From an uncultured Haloferula sp. (GTDB lineage Bacteria > Verrucomicrobiota > Verrucomicrobiia > Verrucomicrobiales > Akkermansiaceae), in assembly GCA_965652295.1 (NCBI GenBank), contig CBFGTS010000008.1, positions 151,332-215,331 on the forward strand: DNA of 64,000 nucleotides, read 5' to 3'. Positions 20,877-31,225 of the stretch are shown piece after piece. Each line of letters begins with the position of its first letter. Positions within the stretch are counted from its first letter, which is position 1. Made by a program: the position numbers and the translations under genes. Under the pieces are notes generated by a model. It searched no databases and had not been told where the DNA came from. It saw only the letters and a list, made by a program, of their open reading frames with translations.

Positions 20877-21764
20877 ATGGATGGAGGAAGTCTAGGAATC
20901 GTGGGTGCCAGCGGATTCATCGGCGGGGCGCTGGGTCGCCTCGCGTCCTCCAGTGGTTGGCGGGTGATCGGTTTCAGTCGGCACCCGGGGCTGGCGGAGG
21001 GGTCGGTGGCGGAGTGGCGGGAATGGGGCGCGTCACCGGATCTGAGCGGCCTGGGTGCCATCGTGAATCTGGCGGGCGAGGCGATCGATAAGCGCTGGAC
21101 GGACGAGCGGAAGCGGCGCTTCCGCGAGAGCCGGGTGGGCACGACGCGGACTTTGGTCGACGCGCTGGCGAGGACGGACGACGGACCACGGGTGCTGCTG
21201 AACGGCTCCGCCGTGGGTTTTTACGGCAACCGGGGTGATGAGCGGCTGACGGAAGACTCGGAACCCGGCCATGGTTTCCTGGCGGATCTTTGTCGGGATT
21301 GGGAGGCCGCGGCCTTCGCTGCGACCCAGAAGCGGGTGATCACCTGGCGGACCGGCGTGGTGCTGGGCGCGGGCGGCGCGGCGTGGAAAAAGATGCGGCT
21401 GGCCTTTTCGCTGGGCCTCGGCGGCCGGCTCGGTGGCGGGCACCAGTGGATGCCATGGGTGCACATCGACGACCTCGTCGGCGGGATGCTTCACGCGCTG
21501 GAGCGTGGTCTTTCGGGTCCGGTGAATGGAACCGCGCCTTCGCCGGTGCGGAACTCCGAGATGACCACGGAACTTGCAAAGGTCCTGCGCCGACCGGCTT
21601 TCATGCATGTTCCGGGATGGGCCTTGCGTATCGGGCTGGGAGAGTTCGCCACCGCCATCCTGGCCAGTCAGCGTGTCGTGCCGAGGGCTCTGGAGGCTTC
21701 GGGATATACGTTCCGCTTCCCCACGCTCCGGGCTGCGCTGGAGGATTTGGTGGACGATGACTGA
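20877..21764 (+). CDS. TIGR01777-family NAD-dependent epimerase/oxidoreductase
   Basis: 'GASGFIG', 'NLAGE', 'SAVGFYG', 'GGGHQWMPWVHIDD', 'SQRVVP'. Confidence 0.92.
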   Translation: MDGGSLGIVGASGFIGGALGRLASSSGWRVIGFSRHPGLAEGSVAEWREWGASPDLSGLGAIVNLAGEAIDKRWTDERKRRFRESRVGTTRTLVDALARTDDGPRVLLNGSAVGFYGNRGDERLTEDSEPGHGFLADLCRDWEAAAFAATQKRVITWRTGVVLGAGGAAWKKMRLAFSLGLGGRLGGGHQWMPWVHIDDLVGGMLHALERGLSGPVNGTAPSPVRNSEMTTELAKVLRRPAFMHVPGWALRIGLGEFATAILASQRVVPRALEASGYTFRFPTLRAALEDLVDDD

Positions 21765-21821
21765 AGCGGGCGCTGCCTCGCATTGAGTTTCGTTTCCGGT
21801 TCGGCTGAAATGGGCCCGGCG

Positions 21822-24143
21822 ATGAAAAGGCAGGAGGATCTCGCACTGGAAAGGCACCCGGGTGTGCTCAAGGTCGAGGAGCGGCCGGACCACACGGTGG
21901 TCGATGTGGCGTTCGACCCCTCGGTGCTGAGCGATGGCGAAGTGAGGGAACTGATCCGCGAGCATGTGGGGCGGTCGCTGCCGGAGATGCGAAAATCCGT
22001 TTACCGCCTCGAAAGCCACGCCTGCGAGGCCTGTGCGGCGAAGTTGGAGCGGCGGGTGGCGGGTTTGCCGGGAGTCCGGCGGGCGTTGGCCACCTACCTC
22101 GGGAAGGTGCTTTCCATCACCTTCGATCCGGCGGTGGAAAGCGAGGAAGGCATGGAGCGCCGGCTGCGCGCCGCCGGGGCCAGGATCGCGCCGCTGGGCG
22201 AGCGCCGTCCCCAGCCTGCCGGTCTTGCCGAAAGGCTCCGGAGCGGCGCATTGAACGAGGAAATTTCCTGCGGTCTGGGGCTACTCTGTCTGATCGCTGC
22301 CATCCTCGTGGAGAAAACCGCCGGGATCGGGCTGTCGACTCATCTGCTCTACGGAGGGGCCTACCTTTTCGCAGGCCAAGCGGGGCTCCGGTCGGCGTGG
22401 GCTTCGCTGAGGGAGCGGGAACTCGATGTCGATGTCCTGATGGTGCTCGCGGCCTTGGGTGCGGCGGCGATCGGTCAGCCATTCGAGGGCGCGTTGCTGC
22501 TGTTCCTGTTCAGCTTTTCAAACGTGCTGCAGCGCCACGCGATGGACCGCACCTCGCGTGCGATCGAATCGCTGCTGACCTTGCGGCCGAGCGAGGCCTC
22601 GGTGAAGCGGAACGGCGGCTTGGAGATGGTAGCAGTCGAGGAGCTGCACGTCGGCGAGATCGTGGTGGTCAAGCCGGGCGAGCAGATTCCTGTCGACGGC
22701 GAGCTGATCGAGGGGCGGACCAGCGTCGACGAATCCTCGCTGACCGGGGAATCAATGCCCGTCTCCAAGGGCGAGGGTTCCCTCGTGTTCGCGGGAACGA
22801 TCAACCAGACGGGTGGCATTTCCCTGAAGGTCACCAAGCGCGCCGAGGACTCGACGCTGGCGCGGATGGTCAAGCTGGTGGCGGAAGCACAGGCGGAAAA
22901 ATCAGGGACCCAGCGGTTCCTCGAAAGGGCGGAGCGCTGGTATGCGCTGGGAGTCATCCTCCTGACGATCGCGGTCCTGTCGGTGCCGTGGTTGTTGCAT
23001 GGCGAGGTTTTCTCCCAGGCCTTCTACCGGGCGATGACCGTGATGGTGGTCGCCTCCCCCTGTGCCCTGATCATCAGTACGCCGGCCACCGTACTTTCCG
23101 CGATTGGTGGAGCGGCGCGGAAGGGGATCCTGATCAAGGGCGGGTCGCATCTCGATCGGGCGGCGACGATCGACATCGTGGCGATCGACAAAACCGGCAC
23201 CTTGACCCTCGGTCGACCGTCCGTGACCGAGATCGTGACGGGCGGGCGGATCGAGCAGGCTTCGTCTCTCAGCGGGCAGGCGCGCGAATGGCTGAGGCTG
23301 TGCTCCGCGCTCGAGGCCCGGTCCGAGCATCCGTTGGCGCAGGCGATCGTGGCAGCGAGCGGCGGCGGGCTTCCGGAGGCGTTGGATTTCCAGGCGGTGA
23401 CGGGAAAGGGCGCGGAGGCCCGCGTCGAAGGCCGGAGCTTCGTGGTCGGCAGCGCGCGCTTCATGGAAGAACTGGGTGCCACAGCGGTGCCGGAGGTTTC
23501 CGAGGCGGTGAGTCGGTTGCAGGATCAGGGCAAGACCTGCGCCTGGTTCGCCGAGCGGGACGGGGAGGGTGTGGTGGTCCGGGCGGTGATCGCCATGGCC
23601 GACACGGTGCGGCCGGGTTCGGCAAGGTTGGTCGCGGAGCTGAAGGCGTTGGGTGTGCGGCGGGTGGTCATGCTGACCGGCGATCAGCAGCGGGTGGCCG
23701 AGGCGATCGGCCGTGAGACCGGCGTCGATGAGGTGCGCGCCGGACTGCTGCCGGAGGACAAACTGAAGGTCATCCGAGCGCTCAAGGAGGAGGGTCGGGT
23801 GCTGATGGCGGGGGACGGCGTCAATGACGCGCCGGCGCTGGCGGCGTCGGATCTAGGGGTGGCGATGGGCGCGGCCGGGACCGATGTGGCGATGGAAACG
23901 GCCGATGTCGTGTTGATGGGCGATCGGGTGGAAAATCTGCCGATCCTGCTGCGTCACGCCCGTCGGGCACGGCGGGTACTGTTGCAGAACCTGGTTTTCG
24001 CGGCCTCGGTGATCGCGATCCTGGTGCTTGCCGCCCTCGGATTTTCCCTGCCGCTGCCGGTGGGTGTGGTGGGCCACGAGGGCAGCACGGTGCTGGTGTG
24101 CCTGAACGGCCTGCGACTGCTCATGATCCGGAGTGGGAGCTAG
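21822..24143 (+). CDS. Heavy-metal P1B-type ATPase (SPC/HEGST, P1B-4-like) with N-terminal HMA domain
   Basis: [26 protein letters not shown] and HEGST motifs; N-terminal CEAC. Confidence 0.92.
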   Translation: MKRQEDLALERHPGVLKVEERPDHTVVDVAFDPSVLSDGEVRELIREHVGRSLPEMRKSVYRLESHACEACAAKLERRVAGLPGVRRALATYLGKVLSITFDPAVESEEGMERRLRAAGARIAPLGERRPQPAGLAERLRSGALNEEISCGLGLLCLIAAILVEKTAGIGLSTHLLYGGAYLFAGQAGLRSAWASLRERELDVDVLMVLAALGAAAIGQPFEGALLLFLFSFSNVLQRHAMDRTSRAIESLLTLRPSEASVKRNGGLEMVAVEELHVGEIVVVKPGEQIPVDGELIEGRTSVDESSLTGESMPVSKGEGSLVFAGTINQTGGISLKVTKRAEDSTLARMVKLVAEAQAEKSGTQRFLERAERWYALGVILLTIAVLSVPWLLHGEVFSQAFYRAMTVMVVASPCALIISTPATVLSAIGGAARKGILIKGGSHLDRAATIDIVAIDKTGTLTLGRPSVTEIVTGGRIEQASSLSGQAREWLRLCSALEARSEHPLAQAIVAASGGGLPEALDFQAVTGKGAEARVEGRSFVVGSARFMEELGATAVPEVSEAVSRLQDQGKTCAWFAERDGEGVVVRAVIAMADTVRPGSARLVAELKALGVRRVVMLTGDQQRVAEAIGRETGVDEVRAGLLPEDKLKVIRALKEEGRVLMAGDGVNDAPALAASDLGVAMGAAGTDVAMETADVVLMGDRVENLPILLRHARRARRVLLQNLVFAASVIAILVLAALGFSLPLPVGVVGHEGSTVLVCLNGLRLLMIRSGS

Positions 24144-24208
24144 TGTCCCCCGGGCTCTTCCTTTGCTCTTGCGGATGGCCGGGCGGCTGCTTGGCTGGAA
24201 GCCGCTCC

Positions 24209-25090
24209 ATGGCCGCACCCCAGAACCGCATCGCGCTGGTCTTCGACTACGACCAGACCCTCAGCCCGCGTTACATGCAGGACGACGTGTTGTTTCCCGA
24301 ATTCGGGATCGACCCGGTGCAGTTCTGGAAAAAGTGCAATGATCTGGTGAAGGACCAGCAATGGGATGGCGAACTTGCCTACCTGAAGTGCCTCCTCGAT
24401 TACCTGGAAATGGACCGCGTGACGAACGCACGGCTCAAGGAGCTGGGTGCGGGACTGCGGTATTTTCCCGGCGTGCCGGAAGTCTTCGACGAGCTTTCGA
24501 AGTCGGTGCTTTCCCCCGACCACGAGGCGGCCGGGATCACCGTCGAGTTCTACATCATCTCCTCCGGCCTCAAGGCCTTGCTTGACGGCTCGCCCCTCGC
24601 CAAGCGGGTCGAACGGATCTTCGGCTGCGAGTTCGGAGAAAACGCAGCCGGCCAGATTTCGTTCCCGAAACGGGCGATCTCGCACACCACCAAGACCCAG
24701 TTCCTTTTTCGCATCAACAAGGGCATGCTGGATTATTCGCAGGACGTGAACGACCACATGCCGCCGGAGATCCGGCCGATTCCGTTCGAGAACATGATCT
24801 ATGTCGGGGACGGTCCGACCGACGTACCGTGCTTCACCGTGATTGCGAGAAACGGTGGGCACGGCATCGCGGTCTACAACCCGGAGGACCCGACCGGCCG
24901 CAGCTTCCGCAAATGCTTCCAGCTCTGTGCCCACGCCAACCGGGTGAAGCACATCGCCCCGGCCGACTACCGCCAGGGCAGCCACTTGTGGCTCCTGATG
25001 ACCGAGATGGTCCGGGAAATCGCCGACCGCATCCTGCGCAACCGCGCCGAGGAAAAGGCGCGCGGAACGATTGCCGCGCCGACGTTCTGA
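24209..25090 (+). CDS. HAD-family hydrolase
   Basis: 'FDYDQTL', 'IISSG', 'YVGDGPTD'. Confidence 0.88.
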   Translation: MAAPQNRIALVFDYDQTLSPRYMQDDVLFPEFGIDPVQFWKKCNDLVKDQQWDGELAYLKCLLDYLEMDRVTNARLKELGAGLRYFPGVPEVFDELSKSVLSPDHEAAGITVEFYIISSGLKALLDGSPLAKRVERIFGCEFGENAAGQISFPKRAISHTTKTQFLFRINKGMLDYSQDVNDHMPPEIRPIPFENMIYVGDGPTDVPCFTVIARNGGHGIAVYNPEDPTGRSFRKCFQLCAHANRVKHIAPADYRQGSHLWLLMTEMVREIADRILRNRAEEKARGTIAAPTF

Positions 25091-25281
25091 GGTGACTTGG
25101 TGGACGATTCACCCGGCTTTCGGATGAGCCGCAAGGCGAATAGATAGTGCCAATGCTGGGTGCGTTGCACCCAGCCTCAATTCCCGTCAAAGGAACACCC
25201 CCATCATCAATGTGGCAAAAATTCTTGCCATGGTCCGATGATTTATCATCTCTTGTCGCGTCCGCTCCGGCGGATGAGGAC

Positions 25282-25432
25282 TTCAAAACCTCGCACTACG
25301 CGGTCGGCATCGGCCGTGAACGATGTCGCCAAACCGACAAAAAGGCCGGGGAGGCGGCGGCGTATGTCCAGGCCGCTGTCCCACGGGATGTCGGCTAAAG
25401 GCCGTTGCGGCCGACGTAGTGCGGCTTTTGAA
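25282..25432. repeat. Imperfect ~33-bp inverted repeat pair (MITE/REP-like)
   Basis: TTCAAAACCTCGCACTACG... at 25282 versus ...CGTAGTGCGGCTTTTGAA ending at 25432. Confidence 0.55.
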
Positions 25433-25473
25433 CTCCCCGTCCACCGGAAGGTAAATCATCCCCCTTCCTGATC

Positions 25474-26295
25474 ATGTTATCCCGTTCCCGTATCCCCCTT
25501 CTGTTCCCGGGGCTTCTCTTTTGCGCTGCTGCGGGTGGTGCCTTGGCCGAGTCGCCCCGGAACCCCGTCCGCCTTGAGGTCACGCCGGGCATTCCGGACC
25601 CGGCTGAGATTCTTTTCACTCCTCCTCCTCCGCCCCAGCCGGTGCCGGCGATGAGGGTCGATTCCGCGGTGGTCCGGCAAGTGGCGGGTCACCGGATCAC
25701 GGTCGTGCGCGGAGAGCCATCGGCTCTGCCCGATATCCCCGTGCCTCCAGTGGCAGCCCGCTCTGCGGAGCCCGTCGACTTCTCCGGGCCCGCGGTGAAA
25801 TCATTTTTCATCGGCATGTCGGTGACGGTGTACGATCACCGCATCAGCCAGGTGAAATGGTCCGATCCGGAGACCGGCGAACGCCATGAAGCATGGTGCG
25901 GCTGGGATTGGGAACTGCTCTCGCCCATCCAGCAGGTCGAGGGAGAAGGAGTTTCCTATGGTCTGTTTTTCAGTCCGTTGCATGAGCAACGCTCGGCCGC
26001 GTTCGATCTACCGGAGGGAGAGTTCCGGTTGACGCAGGGAAACCCGGAGTCCCCATGCGGGGAGGCTCTGATCGCCGCGATGCAGTCTTTCCACGCGGAG
26101 CATCGCACCCGGCTGCATGAGGTGCTGGCCGCGCGGCAAAGGTGCCGCGAGGAGGCGGTGGCGTGGAAGAAAGCGAATCCGCCCACGGCGCAGAATCACA
26201 CCGTCTGGCTCCGGCCCCACCGCGGGAGCCGTTATTTGCGGGAAGCTGCCGGCACCATCACGCAGGCTGCGGGCGGAAAGGAGGAGTCGCGATGA
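25474..26295 (+). CDS. Secreted hypothetical protein
   Basis: Signal peptide and Pro-rich linker; ATGA overlap with the next gene. Confidence 0.7.
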   Translation: MLSRSRIPLLFPGLLFCAAAGGALAESPRNPVRLEVTPGIPDPAEILFTPPPPPQPVPAMRVDSAVVRQVAGHRITVVRGEPSALPDIPVPPVAARSAEPVDFSGPAVKSFFIGMSVTVYDHRISQVKWSDPETGERHEAWCGWDWELLSPIQQVEGEGVSYGLFFSPLHEQRSAAFDLPEGEFRLTQGNPESPCGEALIAAMQSFHAEHRTRLHEVLAARQRCREEAVAWKKANPPTAQNHTVWLRPHRGSRYLREAAGTITQAAGGKEESR

Positions 26296-28958
26296 ATGCC
26301 GCGTCTTTGCTTCGTGTGGTCTTCCTTCTTCTTTTGTTCCTGAACAACGGCTTCGTCCGTGCCCAGGATCAGAATTCGGAGGTCATCGTCGTCCCGCCCG
26401 GCGACAAGTTTCTGCGTTGGCACGGCCATGCCGGTCGGACGTATTTCATCCAAACCTCCGACCCCGCCGCCCACCTCGAATCGTGGTTCTGGGCCCCCGT
26501 GATCGAGCTCGGGAACGACGAGGAGATCAGCTACGAGGTCGGGAGTAGTGCCGGGAAAGGATTCTTCCGGCTCCACTACACCGACGACCCTTCTCCGGTC
26601 GGCGTTTCCCTTGAGGACTGGGACATCGATGCCGACGGGCTTACCAACTGGCAGGAGATCGCGACTTATCACACCAACCCCTTGCTCCCGGATACCGATG
26701 GCGACGGGCTCTCCGACGGATGGGAAGTGCAGAACGCCCTCGATCCGCTCGATCCCTCCGGCAACAACGGCGGCGGTGGGGATCCCGACGGCGATGGCAC
26801 CAACAACCGGGACGAACAGGACCATGACACCGATCCGGGAAACGCGGCGGACTTTCCACCGCAAGTGTGGTCGGTGACCGCCATGGTCAGCGGGAGCTCT
26901 TCGGCGCAGCTCCAGGCCGAAAAGCACATCCGCGAGCGGAACTGGAACGAAGCAACGTACGGTGAACCCGAGGATAGCGAGGGTCATCTCACGCCGGAGG
27001 ATCTGAAATCCCGCGCCGAAGGCCTGCCTTTGCCCGGAACGCTGGCCGAAGCCATGGCTGAGCCCGACCACATCCAGATGGGGGAGTATGAAGCCTACGC
27101 CCACGGCCATTTTTACGCTTCGACCAGTTATTATGAGAACAAGACCGGAAATCACACCGTGACCCGCGTCTGGGTCCGGGTGCCTCCGAAAAACGAGCAG
27201 CAGACCTTCCACTTCGCCAAGCTCACGTCCCGCAACGACCCGGACCCGAGCACCCTGCTTGAGGGGGAAGTCGTCACCTTTTCCGTTCCGGCCAATCAGA
27301 CGGACTCCTTCTACATCGACATGAAGTGCGACAGCATCTCGGTGCTGGGGAAGGACGTTCATACCCAGGTCAGGCTTCGGGCGATCGAGCCGGCCCCCGC
27401 GGTGCTGGCGGTGAACTCGGACTTCGACGAAGGCCGGATTGATCCGGATACCGGCTACGCCATTCCCGATTGCGACGATGTTCCCGGCGTGAACCGCGAC
27501 ACGGGGGCGGGCAATGATGAGATGGTGATCGGCACCCAGCGGGCGCACCTCGACGGACTGTATGCGAACGGGGAGCACATTACGGATGACCTGCACAAGG
27601 GGTGGTTCGGAGTGAATCCCCACGACCTGGAGGATGAGTTTTGGGATGGCACGACCGTCACCATCCGGAAGCTCGACAAGATCGACCCCGCAACGGGACA
27701 GACGGAGAGCGGTCAGGTCCGTTTCTACTCCAAGTGGGGGGATACGAGGTTCGGGTCCTATTATGGAATCACCCCTTACAACCTTGGAGGGTTCCAACCT
27801 AAAGACTTGGTCGTCAGCGGGGTGAACAAAAGGTCGGGCGAAGGAGTTTACGGCTCCACATCGACGATTCCCGAAGAAGCCACCTTCTGGATGGAAGGCG
27901 TCCGCCCCGGCAAGATCACGCTGCAGTGGCGTTTGACCAAAGAATCGGTGGATCTTATCTATGAACAGACCTTCCTGGTGGAGACCCGACAGTCCGTGGA
28001 GGACTGGCGGGAGGAGGTCCGTTATCAGATCCGGTTGCAGACCAAGGCGAAGACAGGCAGCGAGGTGGATATTGCGCTTTATGATCCGGCCAACGGCTTC
28101 CGCAACACGCTTTTTCCGAGCCCGCCGGAGAACGACAACGTACTACGGGTGCGGGCCATCTATTACTATTACCAACAGCTCTTCCAGCAGATGCCGGAGA
28201 AGTTCATGTGGGCGGGGATGGCCAAGACCGCGGCCGCACCGATCTACGCCGCCATGAGCGACCTCACGACCTGGTGGCAACTCCAATGGGCTCTGCCTGG
28301 AGGGGATGACGGTGCTGGTACCAAAGAACTCATCGAGGGACTGCTTTTGAGTGGCCAGAAGGCGATCTGCGCCGACAAGGGATGGGCGCATCGGGCCTAC
28401 ATGGCGAGTGGAATAGGGGCGTTGAATTGGGTTAAGGACAATGGCAATGCGAACGCGACGGATTTTGACGCATGGGATGACTTGAATACAGGAATTTTAT
28501 ATGAGAGTCAGCCCACGATCAATCAGGCAAACCAGGACCTTCTCGAACGAGAACAGTTCGAAGTGGTCCAACAGTATTATTTCGACCACGCTACCAATGT
28601 TCGGATGAGACAATCCCCTGCGTGGATAGATTGGGGTGCCGCCGTCCATGTGGAGGAAGATGCCGACGGCTTGGTCAACGTCGGTGTGTGGCTTTCGGCG
28701 AATTCCAACAAGAACCCCATGCCGGGTGGTCCGGGGTTTCATGCGGTGGTTCCGGACGGTCGGATTGATTTCGTCAACGACCGATGGGCCTGGACGAACA
28801 ATGCGGTCAACGGAATGCTACAGATCTGGACGGGGGATGCAAGTTCTTCGGTCGCTCCCCATTTCGATGCCCCCACGCGCATGGCGGAGAACAACAAAAC
28901 GATGTATTCGGCTGCCTCTGACTACTCGAATGACACAGGAGAATTACCCGTTGAATGA
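26292..28958 (+). CDS. Secreted protein with Ca-binding DxDGDG (TSP3-like) repeats and a divergent C-terminal domain; candidate toxin
   Basis: Signal peptide, 'DIDADGLTNWQE', 'DTDGDGLSDGWE', 'DPDGDGTNNRDE'; the C-terminal part is visibly lower in GC. Confidence 0.7.
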   Translation: MNAASLLRVVFLLLLFLNNGFVRAQDQNSEVIVVPPGDKFLRWHGHAGRTYFIQTSDPAAHLESWFWAPVIELGNDEEISYEVGSSAGKGFFRLHYTDDPSPVGVSLEDWDIDADGLTNWQEIATYHTNPLLPDTDGDGLSDGWEVQNALDPLDPSGNNGGGGDPDGDGTNNRDEQDHDTDPGNAADFPPQVWSVTAMVSGSSSAQLQAEKHIRERNWNEATYGEPEDSEGHLTPEDLKSRAEGLPLPGTLAEAMAEPDHIQMGEYEAYAHGHFYASTSYYENKTGNHTVTRVWVRVPPKNEQQTFHFAKLTSRNDPDPSTLLEGEVVTFSVPANQTDSFYIDMKCDSISVLGKDVHTQVRLRAIEPAPAVLAVNSDFDEGRIDPDTGYAIPDCDDVPGVNRDTGAGNDEMVIGTQRAHLDGLYANGEHITDDLHKGWFGVNPHDLEDEFWDGTTVTIRKLDKIDPATGQTESGQVRFYSKWGDTRFGSYYGITPYNLGGFQPKDLVVSGVNKRSGEGVYGSTSTIPEEATFWMEGVRPGKITLQWRLTKESVDLIYEQTFLVETRQSVEDWREEVRYQIRLQTKAKTGSEVDIALYDPANGFRNTLFPSPPENDNVLRVRAIYYYYQQLFQQMPEKFMWAGMAKTAAAPIYAAMSDLTTWWQLQWALPGGDDGAGTKELIEGLLLSGQKAICADKGWAHRAYMASGIGALNWVKDNGNANATDFDAWDDLNTGILYESQPTINQANQDLLEREQFEVVQQYYFDHATNVRMRQSPAWIDWGAAVHVEEDADGLVNVGVWLSANSNKNPMPGGPGFHAVVPDGRIDFVNDRWAWTNNAVNGMLQIWTGDASSSVAPHFDAPTRMAENNKTMYSAASDYSNDTGELPVE

Positions 28959-29935
28959 AGTTGAAATGTGTCATGTGTTTCATCCTGCTTGTCTTTTCCG
29001 CATACGCGGAGGTGGCGAATCCGGTGCCCAGGCTGAATGACGAATACGACCCGGCGAAGTGGCCGAAGGCGACACTGAAGCTGTCGCAGGCAGCGACGTT
29101 GAAGAATGTCTTTGATTCGGGTCTTCGGCCGTACCGATTCCCAGGGCTTGAAAACACAACGCTGGAAGTAAAGCATCTGAATCTCATGGTCAGTCTGGGT
29201 TCGGGGAACAAGCTTCCCTTGATCCAGGCTGAGGTCATGCGAATCAAACCTTTCAGGGATGGAGAGATCGCCACCATCGAGGGATTTACGCCCAAACTCA
29301 CTCTTGATCAGGCGCGTGCGGAAATGCTTAAGTGGCTTCCCTATGCCGAAAATGATAGGACGAAAAACGATATCGAGATCTATTTAGATGCGGTAAGAGC
29401 GGATTATTTGGATTTTGATGATCCTTATCGCGGTATTTCCCATGGCTGCTCGGTGTATTGGAAGGAGCCGGGATGGAAAACAAAGGGCGGTGGACCTCAA
29501 GTGGTGGCTTGGTTTAGAAAAACGACCAGCGTGACTCATCCCTTACGTATCCATTTCAAAGCGACTTGGTCATCGAACCGTCCTCAGAAAAATCGTGGCA
29601 CCTACCGTCCCGATCCGATTGAGCCCCCGCCCGGCTACGAAGATGTGGACATGACCGCGCCTGAGAACATCGGGCCGGACAGCATGGTGGGACTTTTGCG
29701 CTCGAAGGGCGTGGACGTCGGGGATGGCAACGGCGGAATTCCCCAGGAGGAGTATTTCCGCTCGCTCAAGGGCCAGCAAGAAGCGGAACCGGAGGAACCG
29801 GAAACGGTCGTGCAAACGGATGAAGAGGAGCGTGGAAATCTTCGCATCTTCTGGTTGCTGGGAGCCGTCCTCGCGCTGGCCTTTCTGATTTGGCAGATCA
29901 TGCAGAAACACGACCGCCGTGGTTCGGCCGGATGA
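28955..29935 (+). CDS. Hypothetical exported protein with C-terminal TM anchor; candidate immunity protein
   Basis: Signal peptide, lower GC, C-terminal hydrophobic helix plus basic tail; overlaps the upstream stop. Confidence 0.65.
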   Translation: MKLKCVMCFILLVFSAYAEVANPVPRLNDEYDPAKWPKATLKLSQAATLKNVFDSGLRPYRFPGLENTTLEVKHLNLMVSLGSGNKLPLIQAEVMRIKPFRDGEIATIEGFTPKLTLDQARAEMLKWLPYAENDRTKNDIEIYLDAVRADYLDFDDPYRGISHGCSVYWKEPGWKTKGGGPQVVAWFRKTTSVTHPLRIHFKATWSSNRPQKNRGTYRPDPIEPPPGYEDVDMTAPENIGPDSMVGLLRSKGVDVGDGNGGIPQEEYFRSLKGQQEAEPEEPETVVQTDEEERGNLRIFWLLGAVLALAFLIWQIMQKHDRRGSAG

Positions 29936-30182
29936 AGGGGAAAGCATGTCGAATGGGTCCTCGCGGCGTTGAAGGAGCGATACGAGATCGTCGTCTATCC
30001 AGCGCCAGAAGCAGAACCGCACGAATGACAGGCGAACTAACCAGAAGCCGAACCGAGCCGCGCCGTGGTAACCGCTACCAACCTTTCTTTTCTCATGATC
30101 TACCGTAACTACACCACCAACCCTGAACTCAGCGTGCGCTGCCGTTGGTAGTGCTGAACGCGTTTTACATTCGTTCGAGAAT

Positions 30183-30695
30183 ATGAACACGATCAAGCAT
30201 ACGCGTATTGTTAAGGTTCCCGCCGATTTTCTGTTCGATTATTCCCAACGGAATTCTTGCCGAATGGACTGGGGTCCATTCGTGGCTGAGGTGCATCTGC
30301 ATGATGACACCGACCTTCCGGCTGCGGGCACCGAAGTAACCGTTAAGACTTGGAATCGGATGGTTATGACCTGTCGCTACATCCAATTTCGGAGACCAGA
30401 TTGCATTGCCATCAAGATGCTGAGAGGTCCTTGGGCACTAGCGTCCTTTGGAGGTGGTTGGAGATTCGAGCCAGTCGAACCAAAGGAGACAAGAGCCTCC
30501 TTTTCCTACAGCTTCACCCTCAAAATAGGCCTCCGATGGCTCACTCCATTTGCCAAAGCGTATTTCTCATGGGACATGCGACGGCGATTAAAGGCGCTCC
30601 AGAGCGGCGCTGATCGCGCCTATCGAGATTACGAGGACAAGGGAGTCTTGCCGTGGTCCATCCCAACCTCACAGATCATCCCTCCTAATGCCTGA
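30183..30695 (+). CDS. SRPBCC / polyketide cyclase-like protein
   Basis: 'IKMLRGPWALASFGGGWRF', 'WDMRRRLKAL'; lower GC. Confidence 0.75.
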   Translation: MNTIKHTRIVKVPADFLFDYSQRNSCRMDWGPFVAEVHLHDDTDLPAAGTEVTVKTWNRMVMTCRYIQFRRPDCIAIKMLRGPWALASFGGGWRFEPVEPKETRASFSYSFTLKIGLRWLTPFAKAYFSWDMRRRLKALQSGADRAYRDYEDKGVLPWSIPTSQIIPPNA

Positions 30696-30714
30696 ATTAA
30701 TTACCTCAACCTTC

Positions 30715-30915
30715 CACGAAAACCTGCGCCACCGCTGCAAGTCCGGCAGCAAGCGCGGCTCGGAGCGGGAGAAGCGAGGACGACTCAAGAACCAGGTGAT
30801 GATCGACGAGCGTTCGCGCATCGGAGACCGGGAGATGGACACGGTCATCGGTCGGCCCGGAGGACCGGTGCTCGTCACGATGGTCGAACGCGTCAGCCGC
30901 TACACACTGCGATGA
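30715..30915 (+). pseudogene. IS30-family transposase fragment
   Basis: 'DERSRIGDREMDTVIG...VLVTMVERVSRYT' matches the IS30 rve-domain start (G.WE.DT..G...L.TLVER.SR); truncated at both ends. Confidence 0.8.
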
Positions 30916-31225
30916 AGGGGAATGCGGCAATGGTGCCATCGGAGGGGCGCTCGGCAGGCTTGGCAGCCCACAGGACTTTGCGATTTGGCTGGGGACTGTC
31001 ACGGACCTGATCTGACCTCCGCGACCCAAAGGAGTGATGATCCAGCTTGAGGAATGCCGAGCGGTGGTGGAGTCCGGATTCGAGCGGTGCGAGGGTTCGC
31101 GAGTGGAGCAGCGGGCAGCGACGAAGAGCGTTGCCCGGCCTCCGCGCGTTTTTCGAGGCAGACAGTTCCCGGGCGGATTCCGCATTGGCAGGGGCGATCC
31201 GTCTCCCTAGCTTCGCGCCTCGAAC

